Origin: Vezdaea acicularis
Taxonomy: Eukaryota
Direction: 5' to 3'
Length of the DNA: 38,099 nt
NCBI GenBank assembly: GCA_026025075.1
Contig: JAPEUI010000142.1
Location: forward strand, 1-38,099
The notes under the pieces were generated by a model. It worked only from the letters and a program-made list of their open reading frames with translations, did not search any database and was not told the DNA's origin. Position numbers and translations under genes: made by a program. Positions 24,927 through 36,793 of this stretch are shown here, in pieces; position 1 is the first letter of the stretch, and each line of letters begins with the position of its first letter.

Positions 24927-27191
24927 TTAAAATGCATCCCGCTCCTTCAACGCCGTTGCTAATCGTCGATAATCCCGGAGAAGCTGCAAAACCTCACTGA
25001 TCTTCAAATCGCCGGGGTTCTTGATTTCCATGAACCTTCTGATGGGTGGATCTACCTTGGGATACTCTTTGGGCGGAAGGGAGTCCGCCAAGTCTGGAAA
25101 TGCTGTTGCGAGATCTGCAACTCCTCCAAGGTCGTTTTCAGAGGCTGCCTTTCCTACAGAGCCAGCCTTTTTCGCTGGTCCAGCTGGCATTTCTCTGCGC
25201 CCAAAGCCTCGCATAACGCTCATTCCAGCCAAGTGATTCAACGGGTTGAGCGTATTGCCCAGAGTTCGCATTGACTCAACGGCCGGGTTCGACGAGGACG
25301 ATGCTCTCGGAGCGCTTGTAACAGAAGCCGTCGGCCTTTCACTTGGGATAAGATTTCCATTTGTTGAATCCAGACCTTCAGCAAAAGCAACACGTTTACC
25401 GCTCCCACCACTGGTTGTACTATCCACGCTGCGGTCTCTTGAGGATCGCTCAGGGGTGGCTGACAAGAACTTTTCGTCTGCTTTTTCGGTCGTGCTTTCG
25501 CTTTGGACATCAGTTTGATCCTGCGTGTTCGAACTTGCGACGCTAATAGAGTCATCATCCTTCAGATGCGGTGCGCCCACAAGTCGGCGAGCTTCATCGA
25601 GTGTCTTTGGCACTACCAGGTCACCGCTTCCTTCGATCCCAGAACTGCTTACTTGGCGCTCCTTGAGACGTCCGAACAGGAACTTGTAGCTATTTTCCAA
25701 TGTGTCGCCAACACTCTTGATACCATGATCTGCTGTCGCTTTACCAGCATCAATTGCTGCACCTAAGGCATTTGCCGGAGGCTGTAACAGATAGCTCAGT
25801 CGCCGTTGATGAGTTGGTGTGAATGGTTTACTCGGTGATGGTGTCCCCAAGGACGTTGATGTCGCACTCACAGAAGTTACAGCAGGAGAGGCCGGCCCAA
25901 TTGATGATATTGAAGTGTGCGAAAGCGGTAAACTACTTTCAGGGCTGGGCGTGGTTGGGCGACTGGCTGATTTGGGAGGTCCCTCAGGGACTTCATCTGC
26001 CTTTAAGCTTGCAAGGTCTACCGTCTCCAAGAATGTTACTGCAGCTTCTAAGTTTGTCAAGCAGTATTCCGCTTCGCCGTCAAGTTTTCCAAGGCATCGA
26101 AAGCGCTGTATGAAATATAAATTACTGACAACATTGATCCCTTCAGAAGGCGTTGTAATGAGTGTATATATTAAGGCGGGTAGAATCTCATCCGCGGATG
26201 AGGAGGATGATCGAAATCGAGACAGTGCATCGACAATACCCTTATGGGCTAGTTCTAGTTGGAGAAGCTTTCCCAGAGGGTATTTGTCGTCATTCATACG
26301 CATCAGCCCCTCTCTTGCGCCTGACAGCCACGCTTTGACTTGTTGCTCCCTCTGCGCCTTAGTTTCTTCGGAATCCGCGTTCAGCTCTATTCCTAGCTCT
26401 TCTAAGCCGACGCCTACTACAGCCAAAGCTGCTGTCTTTGAGCGCAACTTCTCATCTCTCTCTTCATCGTCGGTACTCCGATGCCTCCAAATTCGCTCGT
26501 ATATCTTCTCGCAAGCACGCCTTTCAACAGCCTCCTCTAATGCAATACGCTTCAGTTCAAGAGCTCTCCGTGCTTTCTTTCTCTCTGCAATCTCCGCAGA
26601 CGTGAGTAGCTGCTGTTCAGAGGGTGTTCTTTCGACAGATGGTCGGGCTAGATCCCGCGCATTTGAGCTTGATCGGCTAGCTCGGGATATAATAGAGGAG
26701 CTGCGGGAAGAACTGGTTTCGGTGGATGATGCATCCCGATGTTGGCGCGAAGACAACGCAGAGATATGTGTAGACACTGGGCCTGCAGCTCTTATATAGA
26801 AATCTTGAAAAAGAGTAGATAACCGATCAATAGAAGGAGGTGCACTGTGAACTTTTGCAGTAAGAGATTCGATAAACCTGAGTGAATGTTATTCCTTGTG
26901 CTGCTATGGGATACGCTGGCTTCAAAGGCTCTCACCGATCTGTGAAGCTCTTTAGCTCGATGGGTAGTTCATCCGCTGCAGGCTGAGCAATTTCTGGGCT
27001 GCCCGCCTGCTCGACCTTCTCACTTTCATCGTTGGAATGTGCACTGCATCTGTCGGAAGGATAGTTTGTTAGCTTCCTGATCGGACCATGCTTATAATAA
27101 AGGGTCGAACGTTTCGGATTTCGCGTTCTTAGATGATGAAGCTGCAACGCGCGTACGTTCTGGGGAGGCCATACATTGATGAGGCGCTCAT
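24927..27191 (-). CDS. VPS9-domain Rab5 GEF (Muk1-like); start codon uncertain
   Basis: VPS9 motifs ADEILPALIYTLI...SNLYFIQRFR...GEAEYCLTNLEAAVTFLETVDL. The upstream exon ELPIELKSFTDR|FIESLTAKVH is joined by an intron at ~26936-26879. The first exon has two plausible ATG/donor choices (27191 or ~27172). Confidence 0.85.
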
Positions 27192-27873
27192 TGCCTCGAC
27201 CTGTCTGAGTAATGAAAATGCAAGAAGCACTCGGCAATTGGCGATCTAATTATGCTTGAACTTGTGTGCAGGCATCCGCTGGGGAGATTGATTGCGGTTA
27301 GCATCTGAAAAATACTTGACACCACTAAGATGATGACCATTAGGCACCCAAGGCGCTGAGAATTGAATGGGTATCATTCGTCGTAATGGCTATATATTTT
27401 CAGCCAAACTATTGCCTATGCCCCATTCTGTATGGTACAGAGAGCATCTTCTGATGGTCGAAAAGGAACTTTACAACTATGCATTCAGAAACAGGAGCCG
27501 GCTCTGGATTGGTTCGTTTGCGAGCACTGGGGATCGGGATTAACGTTTGTACGAGCACGTCTCCAGACACATGTTGAGACACGACTCAACGTGCAAAGCG
27601 CCCGATAACACAGCTTATCTACTTCTATTCAGCAACAGATAAGCACAGGCTTGCTTCGCCTGCTTTCTATAGTAGATTGCATTCATTCTTACGAAGGAAA
27701 TGTACGTAGTATAGTAAATAACTTGTCTTAAGATCACACACCCTTTATATTATTACGTTGATAGCCAGCTACCTACAAGAGCTTAATCATGCTGTGCCGG
27801 ATATCTTCAGTACGCCCTCCATCCTGCTCTATTTCGCGAACAAACCATAAGCCGAACATCAACGCAAGAACCA

Positions 27874-29362
27874 TCAATTCCCTAGATTTCCCTTCCTGGG
27901 CAACGCTAGCCAAGAAAGGACAATACAGCCAAGCAGTCCGAGCACAAATGGGGGCAGAACCTCCACCCCCCTTTTGTCCGCAATAGCCCCAACGGCGAAC
28001 GGAAGTACCGCCGCGCCCGCACTACCCAGCGTGCTGATCAAGCCTATAGCCACAACGTGTAGATGTCTTGGCAGTAGCTGGGTCGCAACGACGATAGCCG
28101 TTGGGAACACTGGACCTAGGAAAAAGCCAACGAAAGCAACCGTCACCGCCGAAGAGATGAAGTTGGGGATGAGCCAGAAGACAAGCTCGAGGGAAATGGC
28201 AAGCAGGAGGTAGAGCAAAACGGCACGGCGCTCGCCGATGTGCGAGGTTACGAATCCGAGCACGACCGTTCCGATCGTGATACCAAGCCAGAAGCCGACG
28301 AGGGACATGCCGGCCGCGAATGGAGTGGCGGAGCGGAGAGACATCAGGTAGACCACTAGCCAGCCGCCAAGGGCGACTTCGGCGCCGAGATAGAGGAGGC
28401 CGAGAAGTGCAATGATCCAGGTCGTGCGCTTGGAGAGTGATTCGCGAAGGCGGCCTTGGGTAGAGTTGCTTGAGGATGGCGGGGTGAAGGTGGTAAATTG
28501 GTGGCCGGTAGATTTCCAGAATGCAGTAGTGCAGAGGAGGAGTTCGAGAACGACAGCAGCAATCTGGTGGGAGTCAGCGAGTGACATGAACCGGTTGGAC
28601 AGGAGGAAGATACCATCACATAGTAGAAGTAGTACCATTGGAGATGGCCTTTATTGATCATAGTTGTTGCAACCAGTGGACTGACGGTTGCGCCCAGTCC
28701 ATAAAAGCCGTGCAGGAAGCCCATTAACTCATTTGTACTCTCCATTTTGGCTATCCAGGCGTTCCATGCTGCATCGAGGACTCCATTACCAAAACCAGCA
28801 AAGACGCACACAACTGCTACGACGGGATAGGGTGGGTGCAGAGCCAGTACAATGAACGCCATGAGATGGCATACCGGTCCGATGATAGCAATGCCCCGCT
28901 GTCCAAACTTCATATGGATGGGGTTGTTAAGGAGTGCAGATAGAACATATCCCACGACAGGGGAGAGAAAGACCAGAGAGACAAGGGTATAGCTGAGGCT
29001 ATAATAGGACTCGAGATAGGGTATCAGCGCCTGTCTTCAAAGTCAGACTTTGGCCAAAGGTAGCGAACCGTGATACTTACACCGTATGAAGCATCCGTTG
29101 CACCCAAGATTAGAAAGCTATAAAAACTGGCGAGGACCCGGCATATATTGGATGGAGATTTGTTCCATTGTAGAATTGATAATCGTCTCGTGACAGGACC
29201 TGGAAGACCACCTTCGGAGTTGTGATTCTCGATTTGTAGAGAGGCGTGCCATCCTGATGGCGTACAAGATTCCTTCAAGTCTTCTTTATCTCGAGGAGAC
29301 CAGTGCGAAAGTACTGTTCCAAAAGTTGAGCACGAACTACTGTCATTGATATTGAGTGCCAT
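27874..29362 (-). CDS. MFS transporter, BSC6/TsgA-like family, 3 exons
   Basis: WNKSPSNICRVLASFYSFLILGATDASYG|ALIPYLE, GFGNGVLDAAWNAW, MGFLHGFYGLGATVSP, YLGAEVALGGW, GFWLGITIG and GFFLGPVFP; about 12 hydrophobic segments. Confidence 0.88.
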
Positions 29363-30162
29363 GCCATCTCTGTACGACAGACACCCAGCATACACATACG
29401 ATATCTTGTGGAATTAATGAAAGCGGTTGCAACCAGAGTATATCCGGTCGCACCCTTGTGGTGATCATATGGAGATCAGCCATAGTCCATGAAAATTTGA
29501 TAGTTAGTGACTATCTCCTGAGTCTTAGTCCGGGAGCGATCTGGCAGGTGCACCCCTGGCTGCGATCTGGCGTTGGGATCGACAATCGGCATTGTGCCCC
29601 GTTGCGGAGTTGCCGGCGAAGAAACGGAGCCCGACTAGTGGCGCCCTAAGGGCCTTTAAGGCGTTCAAAAGTCGTTACCTCGGCCAATGGGGTAGCCATA
29701 TACATGAGAGAAGAAGCTCACTGGTGATGGCTTCTCAAATGCATTTTAGATCGTAGGCCCGATAATGTGCTGGTCAGTGATCGAGGGCCGAGCCCAAAAA
29801 TCTGGAACTCGAGGTGAAAAAAAGTCGTGACATATGCCAATTACCTCCGACTAAGAGATCGCCTTTAGAGTGTTGAACCCATGGCGAGAAATAGGCTAGT
29901 TGCATGCCCTTGCCAACTCGTTTCTGTCGGTCTCGGACTTGGTCTATAGGAGGCAGTGAGTCCGTCGTTTTTAGTCAGGCCCAGACCAGCAGGCTTTACA
30001 GGCATAAACATGTAGACCCTGCACTATCCCAGCCTGTCATGGGTTTCTCCACGCAGGACATGAGGACATTAAAGCATAGACAGGGTAAAAAGGTGGACGT
30101 CGCCCATGAAGAGTTTAACTTCTTCCCCAATTTTCAGAGTACAAGTTTCATAGCTCAGCAAC

Positions 30163-31347
30163 ATGCCCACCGTCAAAGCCGATATTGAATACCTCGCGAA
30201 CATTCCTCTATATGAGGTCGAAAAGCCATACCTGGCTCTACTACCTCCGAGTGAAGGTTACGACCCGGATGAGCATCGCACGGATAATCTCGAATATGAG
30301 ACCGCTCATGGCATGTCAATTACCGATATCCGCGGCAGCGATGAATTCAAGCTTGAGAAGTGCGGGTTTCAAGTCATGAAGCACACGAGTAACATCAAGA
30401 GCGTGAGCTCTATCGAGGATATTGAGGCATATAAGCGCGAGACAGAGAAGTTGTTGACCAAACAGCTTGGTGCTACTCACGTTCACTGTTACGATGTCAA
30501 AGTAGGCCACCTGAATGTGACAGGAGGCCAGTTGCTGATGATTTTCTAGGCGCGGAAGAACATGCTGTTTAACAGGAAGCAATTCGATGCCAATGATCCT
30601 CTGCTCGTAGAAGGTCCCGCAAAAGCAGCCCACAATGGTGAGTATCCCGAGAGGAGTGCTTTTCCGGCGAGGCTGACGCAACTAGACGTCACAATCGATT
30701 CTGGTCCTGTCATCATCGACCGGTATCTGAGTGACGAGGAGAAGCACCGATTCCTGAAGCCCGGCTATCGCTTTCGGATCGTGAAGTAAGCATACGACGC
30801 TCTCATGATTATGAAAATCCAAGCAAGTCTGACGATATCGTAGCACCTGGAGAAGCCTGGTGCCGGAACTGGAGGATAGGCCCCTTGCCCTGTGTGACGC
30901 TCGCAGCGTCGATCCAGATGATCTTGTGGCAGCGGATCGGATTCTCCCAGATCGGGCAGGAGAGGTATACTATCTGAGGCACAATAGTCGCCATCGCTGG
31001 TAAGCCTTCACGTAACGTTTCACCTATCGTTGGAGTTGTTGCCTTTCTTTAACATTAATGGTTCAAGGACTCCAAATCAAATGTGAGAAAGAAAGAGAAG
31101 AAAGTTAACATATAATATAGGTGCTGGCTTGAGAAGCAAACCCCTGAAGAGCCTTTTGTTTTCGTGCTTTACGATACAAAAGCAGGGGATCATGCCCGAA
31201 GTACGTAGTCCTGCTGCTTGTTCTTGCGTGGCATACTGACGGGGCAAAGTCTGTCCGCACGTCTCTTTCGACAATCCTCGAGCACCACCAGATGCGCCCA
31301 TGCGTCAGAGCGTAGAGACACGCTCGGTTGTGATCACGGAAGAGTAG
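30163..31347 (+). CDS. AsaB/CmcJ/CTB9-family putative Fe(II)/2-oxoglutarate hydroxylase-desaturase, 6 exons
   Basis: Spliced protein: YEVEKPY...ITDIRG..F.LEKCGFQ...AH(N)D...IVNTWRSL...DRPLALCD...HRWCWLEKQTPEE...YDT...CPHVSF...RQSVETR. The H-x-D...H triad and RxS motif are present. All five introns (starting 30502, 30638, 30786, 31000, 31201) keep frame. Confidence 0.85.
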
Positions 31348-33216
31348 GAAAACCCAGATTGAGAAGGATAGATCGTTAAGGGGGCGCGGAAAGCGGGATG
31401 GACTTGCATGATGCTTCTGCATTCTTGTCACATACCATTTGGAACATCGTCCCGTAGGAACAGCGTATCGCGAGGCGACACTCTGGTCGTTTCCCAAATC
31501 CTCCACGCGCATATCCACTGCCACAACTGTCCGATTGACTGCATGGATCTCGTGCGTGGATGGGCCTTGATGTCAGTCCTCTTTGCCTTCCCTGCATCGA
31601 GCGGCTGGATTCTTGAAGCCCATCGATAATGCCGGGCACTTTGTGTGGAAAATTTATCGATACGGCAGATGGAGCGTTGAGATCGAACCCGAAGACCAAG
31701 ATCGCTCCCCTATCGATCTGCCGATCTTTAACCTCGTGCATGACAGCCGTCGTCAATGCTTGAGATACCCCGGACGCACGGACCAGGCATCCAGCAGAGA
31801 GGGTCGGGTCTAAGCCTATACTGGCGATTGTGGCAACCGCGGAGAATGCAACTCCTCAGCAAAGGAAAGTCTGGAAGGCTGGGGGCTTAATTAGCGTGCT
31901 GTCCTTGGGACTATCGCCTTAGCAGGACAGCTTGACCACTCAGCGTTTTGGAGCTGGAGCGAGAAGGCGACCGCCTAAACAGACAAACCTAGCTTCATTC
32001 TGGGTGTCGTAAGTCAACTAGTAGTCCCTGTGGTTGGTCGAGACCGCCCAGAATTTTCATTATCTAAGGCGTGGATTGAATGGGATACAAGATCTAACAG
32101 GCACACCAACGAAAACGGTCCAGATGTTTGAGCCATCAGTCTGAGGTTTGATTTTGGTAGCTGGACATTGGTTGAAAGTTGACGGTCGAAGAGCGGTAGA
32201 CCGCGAGTGCGGCGTTGAAAGGGGCAGGATGTGAACTCGATCTCGATTGCGATAGCGATATTCGCAGAGATCAACCCCAATAGCGATTGAGCCATGCTGC
32301 ACGTCACGGCAGGAACTGACCACGGCACAGACCCCATAGGGCAGAAGTCTGCTTCTGATTTGTCCCACATCATACGGCGGCTGGGGAAGGGTGCAGCGGT
32401 TTCTGCAACGGGTGAACTTCCACGGCATGCCGTTGAGGAGAGGGGCCTGAGACACAGCATTAGCGCAGCCCGATTTGGTTCTAGAGTGACAGTAGAGCCA
32501 GCCCCACCTTTGCTGCAGGTTGCATCACAACCAGGAAACGGTTACACAGCGAGAACGGCGGCGATGTTCCAAACTCAATTCCCTCCACTGTCAGACGTCG
32601 CCCTGATATTCACATCTGAATTGCCGTAACACAAAGCGCAGAACACATGGCGACACCATCGTACGTAATTAGTCTCGAGCGCTCGCCTATTCTGAAGATC
32701 GATCGTCCCGCCCACTAGCGTGCGGAGCCGCGGAAGTGACAGTTAGCGCCGCTGTAGCCCCGGTTTCTGGGTGAGGGGCTTGTACGAGCTAGACTAGCGT
32801 CTGACTGCTGTCGGCGATTCATGTGACGACAATTGCCGGCGCATTATACTATCCCGTTCATACCTTAGCAAACACCACCGGCCCCTTCGCTGGCGCTACA
32901 TACGAGAGTTGGTCGCCTGCCGTGGAATGAGCGTCCGCGGACTTGTGGCCGGGCTGAGTGAAGCAATAGACAGAAATCAATGTGCCTAGATTTTCCAGAA
33001 GGCAGTTGATCGACTGCGCTAGAGGGAGATGTGACCCCAGATCTCGATCGAACGAGGAGATGTCCGGCGGTTGACTCGGCGTTGTTGTATGATCTAGATG
33101 TCGCCACGGCGCACATGTGCCCAGTAGACGATCTAGATCCTGTTCAGCTCGACGCCATGCCATCTTTCTCCGCGCCCTAGGCCTCCTCCAGTGCGATTGA
33201 CTGCTCTGTCCTCGAA

Positions 33217-33365
33217 TATTTAAAGGTCCTGAAATCCCGCTCGATATCAGATTTCTTTTCTGCATCACCATCAATCAGCTTCAATCAAACAATCAATTCA
33301 ACCAAACAATCAATCAATTACCTTCAAATCCTTCTCGCTTTACTCAACCAACCCACCCAATCAAA
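33217..33365 (+). promoter_or_regulatory. TATA box and CAA/CAAT-rich leader of the microprotein gene
   Basis: TATTTAAA at 33217-33224, then a pyrimidine tract, then an A/C-rich, G-poor leader (TCAATCAAACAATCAATTCAACCAAACAATCAATC) ending TCAAAATG. Confidence 0.6.
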
Positions 33366-33545
33366 ATGACTCAACCAACTGCCACCACTGTCCTCTCCAC
33401 CGTCTCCCGCGCTGGGTTCCCCGCCAGCAGCGGCCAGCAGCAGCCATGGAAGAAGTTCATCACTCCCTCCACCTCCACCAACGCCGAGATGACCGTTGCC
33501 TGCCCCCTCAAGACCCGCGGCTTTGAGCGTCTCGGTGGATACTAG
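33366..33545 (+). CDS. 59-aa microprotein MTQPTATTVLSTVSRAGFPASSGQQQPWKKFITPSTSTNAEMTVACPLKTRGFERLGGY
   Basis: Strong start context (CAAAATG), strong C-ending codon bias (ACC, GCC, TCC, CTC, AAG), and a TATA box and leader upstream. One codon below the ORF-track cutoff. Confidence 0.7.
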   Translation: MTQPTATTVLSTVSRAGFPASSGQQQPWKKFITPSTSTNAEMTVACPLKTRGFERLGGY

Positions 33546-33905
33546 AACCCCAACTAGGGCTGAATTTGCAGCCGGTAAGCTCTTCTTTGATCCATCTATA
33601 ATTTCCCGAACCCTTTGCTGAGTTTTCATCTTTAGATTTGTTCTTCCACCTTCAATCGCCAAGTACCAGAAGGTCGCTGTGAAGAGATCACCATTGGGAG
33701 TTGTTGCAATGGGAAGGTGGAGGTGTTGGGGTAGTTGGAGGTGGTGCCAGATCAATAGTGTACGCGATTAGTGATCAATACACACACTATGAAACCTCAA
33801 ACCTTTCCAGCCAATGTCTTTGATGTTATGATATCCGATCTTCGTTCGTCTTTTTGTATCACACTAGTCTTGACATCTTTTCCACCTTCTGCACCGCAGT
33901 AAAGC

Positions 33906-35449
33906 CTACGTTTGCTTCGTGAAGACCGTCGCGACCTTTCCTCCCATGTCGACTAAAGTACTCTTATTCCTAATCCACGCTTCAATGCCTCGCCTTCCAT
34001 TCTCGACACCTACACCGCTCATCTTCCAGCCGCCAACGCTCATCTCTGCTGGGCTTTCGCCCCATGTATTGATCCAAGTGATCCCTGCTTGCAGCCGTGC
34101 TACGATCTTGTGTGCCGCATTGATATCTTTTGTGAATACTCCAGCAGCTAGGCCAAGCGGTGTAGTATTTGCGCGGGCAATGGCCTCCTCAACATCATCA
34201 TAAGGGAGTATGCACAGAACGGGCCCGAAGATCTCTTCTTGCGTGATTTTCATCGAATCGGTGCAATCGGTAAAAACAGTTGGCTTGATCCAATAGCCAT
34301 ACTTGTAGGCACTAGGAATGTCAGCTGGCTTTTCCAAGCCGCCGTAGAGGAGTTTTGCCCGGTCTGTTTCAATTCCGTGTTTGATGTAGCTAAGCACCTT
34401 CTTGTGGTGCACCTCTGAGACAAGAGGCCCGAAATTTGTCGTCTGGTCCTCCAACTTTCCAAGACGGACGTTTTCCACCTTCCTCAATAGTGTCTCCTCA
34501 AATGCGCTTTTCATTTGCTTTGGTACGAAAACCCTAGTTCCGTTCGTGCATACCTGGCCACTGCTGTAGAAGTTTGCCATCATCGCTCCATCCACCGCGT
34601 TCTCGAGGTCGGCATCTGGGCAGACGATGAACGGGCTCTTTCCTCCAAGCTCCATTGTCACGTACTTCATGCCCTCTGCTGCGCTAGCTGCGACCTTCCG
34701 ACCTGTAGAAACTTGTCCTGTAAATGATACCTTTGCAATACTTGGATGTTTTGTCAAGTAGGCACCTATTTCACCCGGACCATTGATTACATTGAAAACT
34801 CCGGGAGGAAGACCAGCAGATGTGAGGAGCTTAGCGAGCTTAGGGCCATGTAATGGCGTTACCTCGGAGGGTTTGTACACCATGGTATTACCTGCTGCTA
34901 GACAAGGCGCGGCCTTCCAGAGAGCTATCTGGAGAGGGTAGTTCCTGCAACCTTCATCAGCTCTGCTGGAATAAGCTCATAAAATCGAACGTACCAAGCC
35001 CCGATCCCTGCACACACACCAAGAGGTTCTTTCTTGGTATATACCCATGCATCGTTTCTTAATTGCGTCGTCTCGCCGTTCAGACCACCACTACCGACTA
35101 GATTCGCATAGTACTCAAGTACATCTGCTCCGTAGGGCACATCTACGTATTGGGTCTCCGAAAGAGGCTTTCCAGTGTCAAGTGTCTCAGTTTCCGCAAA
35201 CTCGTCATTCCTCTCTCGTAACTCTTGAACCGCCTTCAGAAGAATACGAGATCGTTGGATTGGGGGAGTGGCTGCCCATGGTAGGAACGCTTTTTCTGCC
35301 GACTTTATCGCCGCATCAACGTCATCCGGAGATGCACACTGTATGGTAGCAACTTCTCTGCCGGTGGCAGGAGAGATTGACGAAAACAATTTGCCTGATG
35401 TGGCTTTCTGAGCCTGCCCGCCGTAGTAGAGCTCAATAGTTGTTGCCAT
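33906..35449 (-). CDS. badA: Betaine aldehyde dehydrogenase (BetB/BadA-like ALDH), 2 exons
   Basis: [69 protein letters not shown] (catalytic Cys), EEIFGPV and [18 protein letters not shown], all BetB-type signatures. Intron 34994-34945. Confidence 0.88.
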
Positions 35450-36128
35450 TGAGACCAAGGATGTCAAGAAGCCGCTTTCGGAATTCACAAGAAAGCGATG
35501 TCAATGGTTAAGACACACGAGTTGGGTGATGATAGACAACTCGTTGTGAAAGTAATTTGAGTTCAAACAGAAGTCTCTTGAAACCCTTGCAAGCTCAGCA
35601 CGGCCATTTCTGAGAGCTTGTTTGGCCTTTAGAGCTTTGCTTTATCGAATTACTTGGATCTGCCAGAGAATCCTTAACCCAGCCTCGGCCCTTTCATGCA
35701 GATATATCCAGATATTGGCAACGATCCCTTTGTCTGGTGGATTTAGTTTTTCAATGGACGTGTTAGGTCGCCGCTGCGATGGAAATTGTTCGGTGGCTTT
35801 TGACTAGTGGACTCGGCTCGAGGAAAGTGTCCGCGCTAATATTACAACCAATAAATGTCGCCGGAATTATTTTTAGTGAGAAGCTGTCCATGTCGAACGT
35901 GCTCCAATTACGAGCCTTACATACAACAGCGGCATTGTCTCACGATGAGGTTTCTCTCTTACCATGCTCATGAAGTGAGACCCTAGCAGCCCTGCGAACC
36001 TGCATGATTGTGAGCATGCTGTAGCTCCGTCTCCAACAGCGCGACTGCCCTCCAGATAATTTGCATACTTGTTTAATCTGCTTCGGATTATCTACTCGTG
36101 CCTACCAACCACCTTGCGCGTTCGTTTA

Positions 36129-36169
36129 GGTGGTGGACATACCAACGGGACAGACACACCAACGGGACA
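36129..36169. repeat. Candidate terminal inverted repeat with two 17-bp internal direct repeats
   Basis: GACATACCAACGGGACA (36136-36152) and GACACACCAACGGGACA (36153-36169), 7 bp inside a TA. Fot1/Tan1-type TIRs typically contain two direct repeats. Confidence 0.6.
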
Positions 36170-36301
36170 AATTGCATAAGGACAGCAAGGAGGAGAAGCA
36201 GCGGCGTCTCCTTGCTAGGACAGAAGGGACAACTGTATCTGGATAATCTTGTCTATCAGAGAAGCATTGATCCATATATGACTGTTTCCGGAAAAGCATT
36301 A

Positions 36302-36769
36302 TTTGTCCAAATAAATAGCGTCATTCAGGTAAGCAGCGTTGTCCCAATAAGTTGCATTGTCCTGATAAGTAGCATTGTTCTACTAAATAGCGTTGTCCAG
36401 ATAGAAAGCATTGTCTTGATAGACAATGTTGTCTTGATAAGCAATGCTATTTTGGTAGATAGCGTTGTTCTGACAAGTAGCGTTGTCCTGACAGGTAGCG
36501 TTATCCTAACGGATAGCTTTGTCCTGACAGATAGCATTGTTCAAATAGGTAGCGTTATTCTGACAGGTAGCGTTATCCTAATAGACAGCATTATTCTGAC
36601 AAATAGCGATGTCCTCACAGATAGTGTTGTCCTGACAGATAGTATTGTCTGGACAAATAGCGTTGTCCTGACAGATAGTAGTGTCCAAACAGGTAGTATT
36701 GTCCGGACAGGTAGTATTGTCCTGACAGGTAGCGTTGTCCTGACAGGTAGCATTGTCCTGACGGGTAGT
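36302..36769. repeat. Tandem array, 26 x 18 bp, consensus GTTGTCCTGACAGGTAGC
   Basis: Units were counted from the in-register hexapeptides FVQINS...IVLTGS. No indels; differences are mostly C>T/G>A transitions. Confidence 0.95.
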
Positions 36770-36793
36770 ATTAAATGTCCTGCTATCCATTTT

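Noticed and set aside
27330..27455. C/D snoRNA-like boxes (ATGATGA 27330; CTGA 27356 and 27451) and a TPP-riboswitch-like CTGAGA
   Set aside because: No recognisable rRNA guide, a weak terminal stem, and the other TPP core motifs are absent or out of order.
31376..32629. Several 70-150 aa ORFs downstream of the dioxygenase
   Set aside because: They overlap on both strands, contain no recognisable motif, and give no consistent splice model.
33324..33755. 143-aa minus-strand ORF overlapping the microprotein
   Set aside because: Non-ATG start, and it begins in the BADH 3' region. Promoter, leader and codon bias all favour the plus-strand 59-aa ORF.
36302..36769. CRISPR-like appearance of the array
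   Set aside because: Head-to-tail repeats with no unique spacers, in a eukaryotic context with no cas genes.
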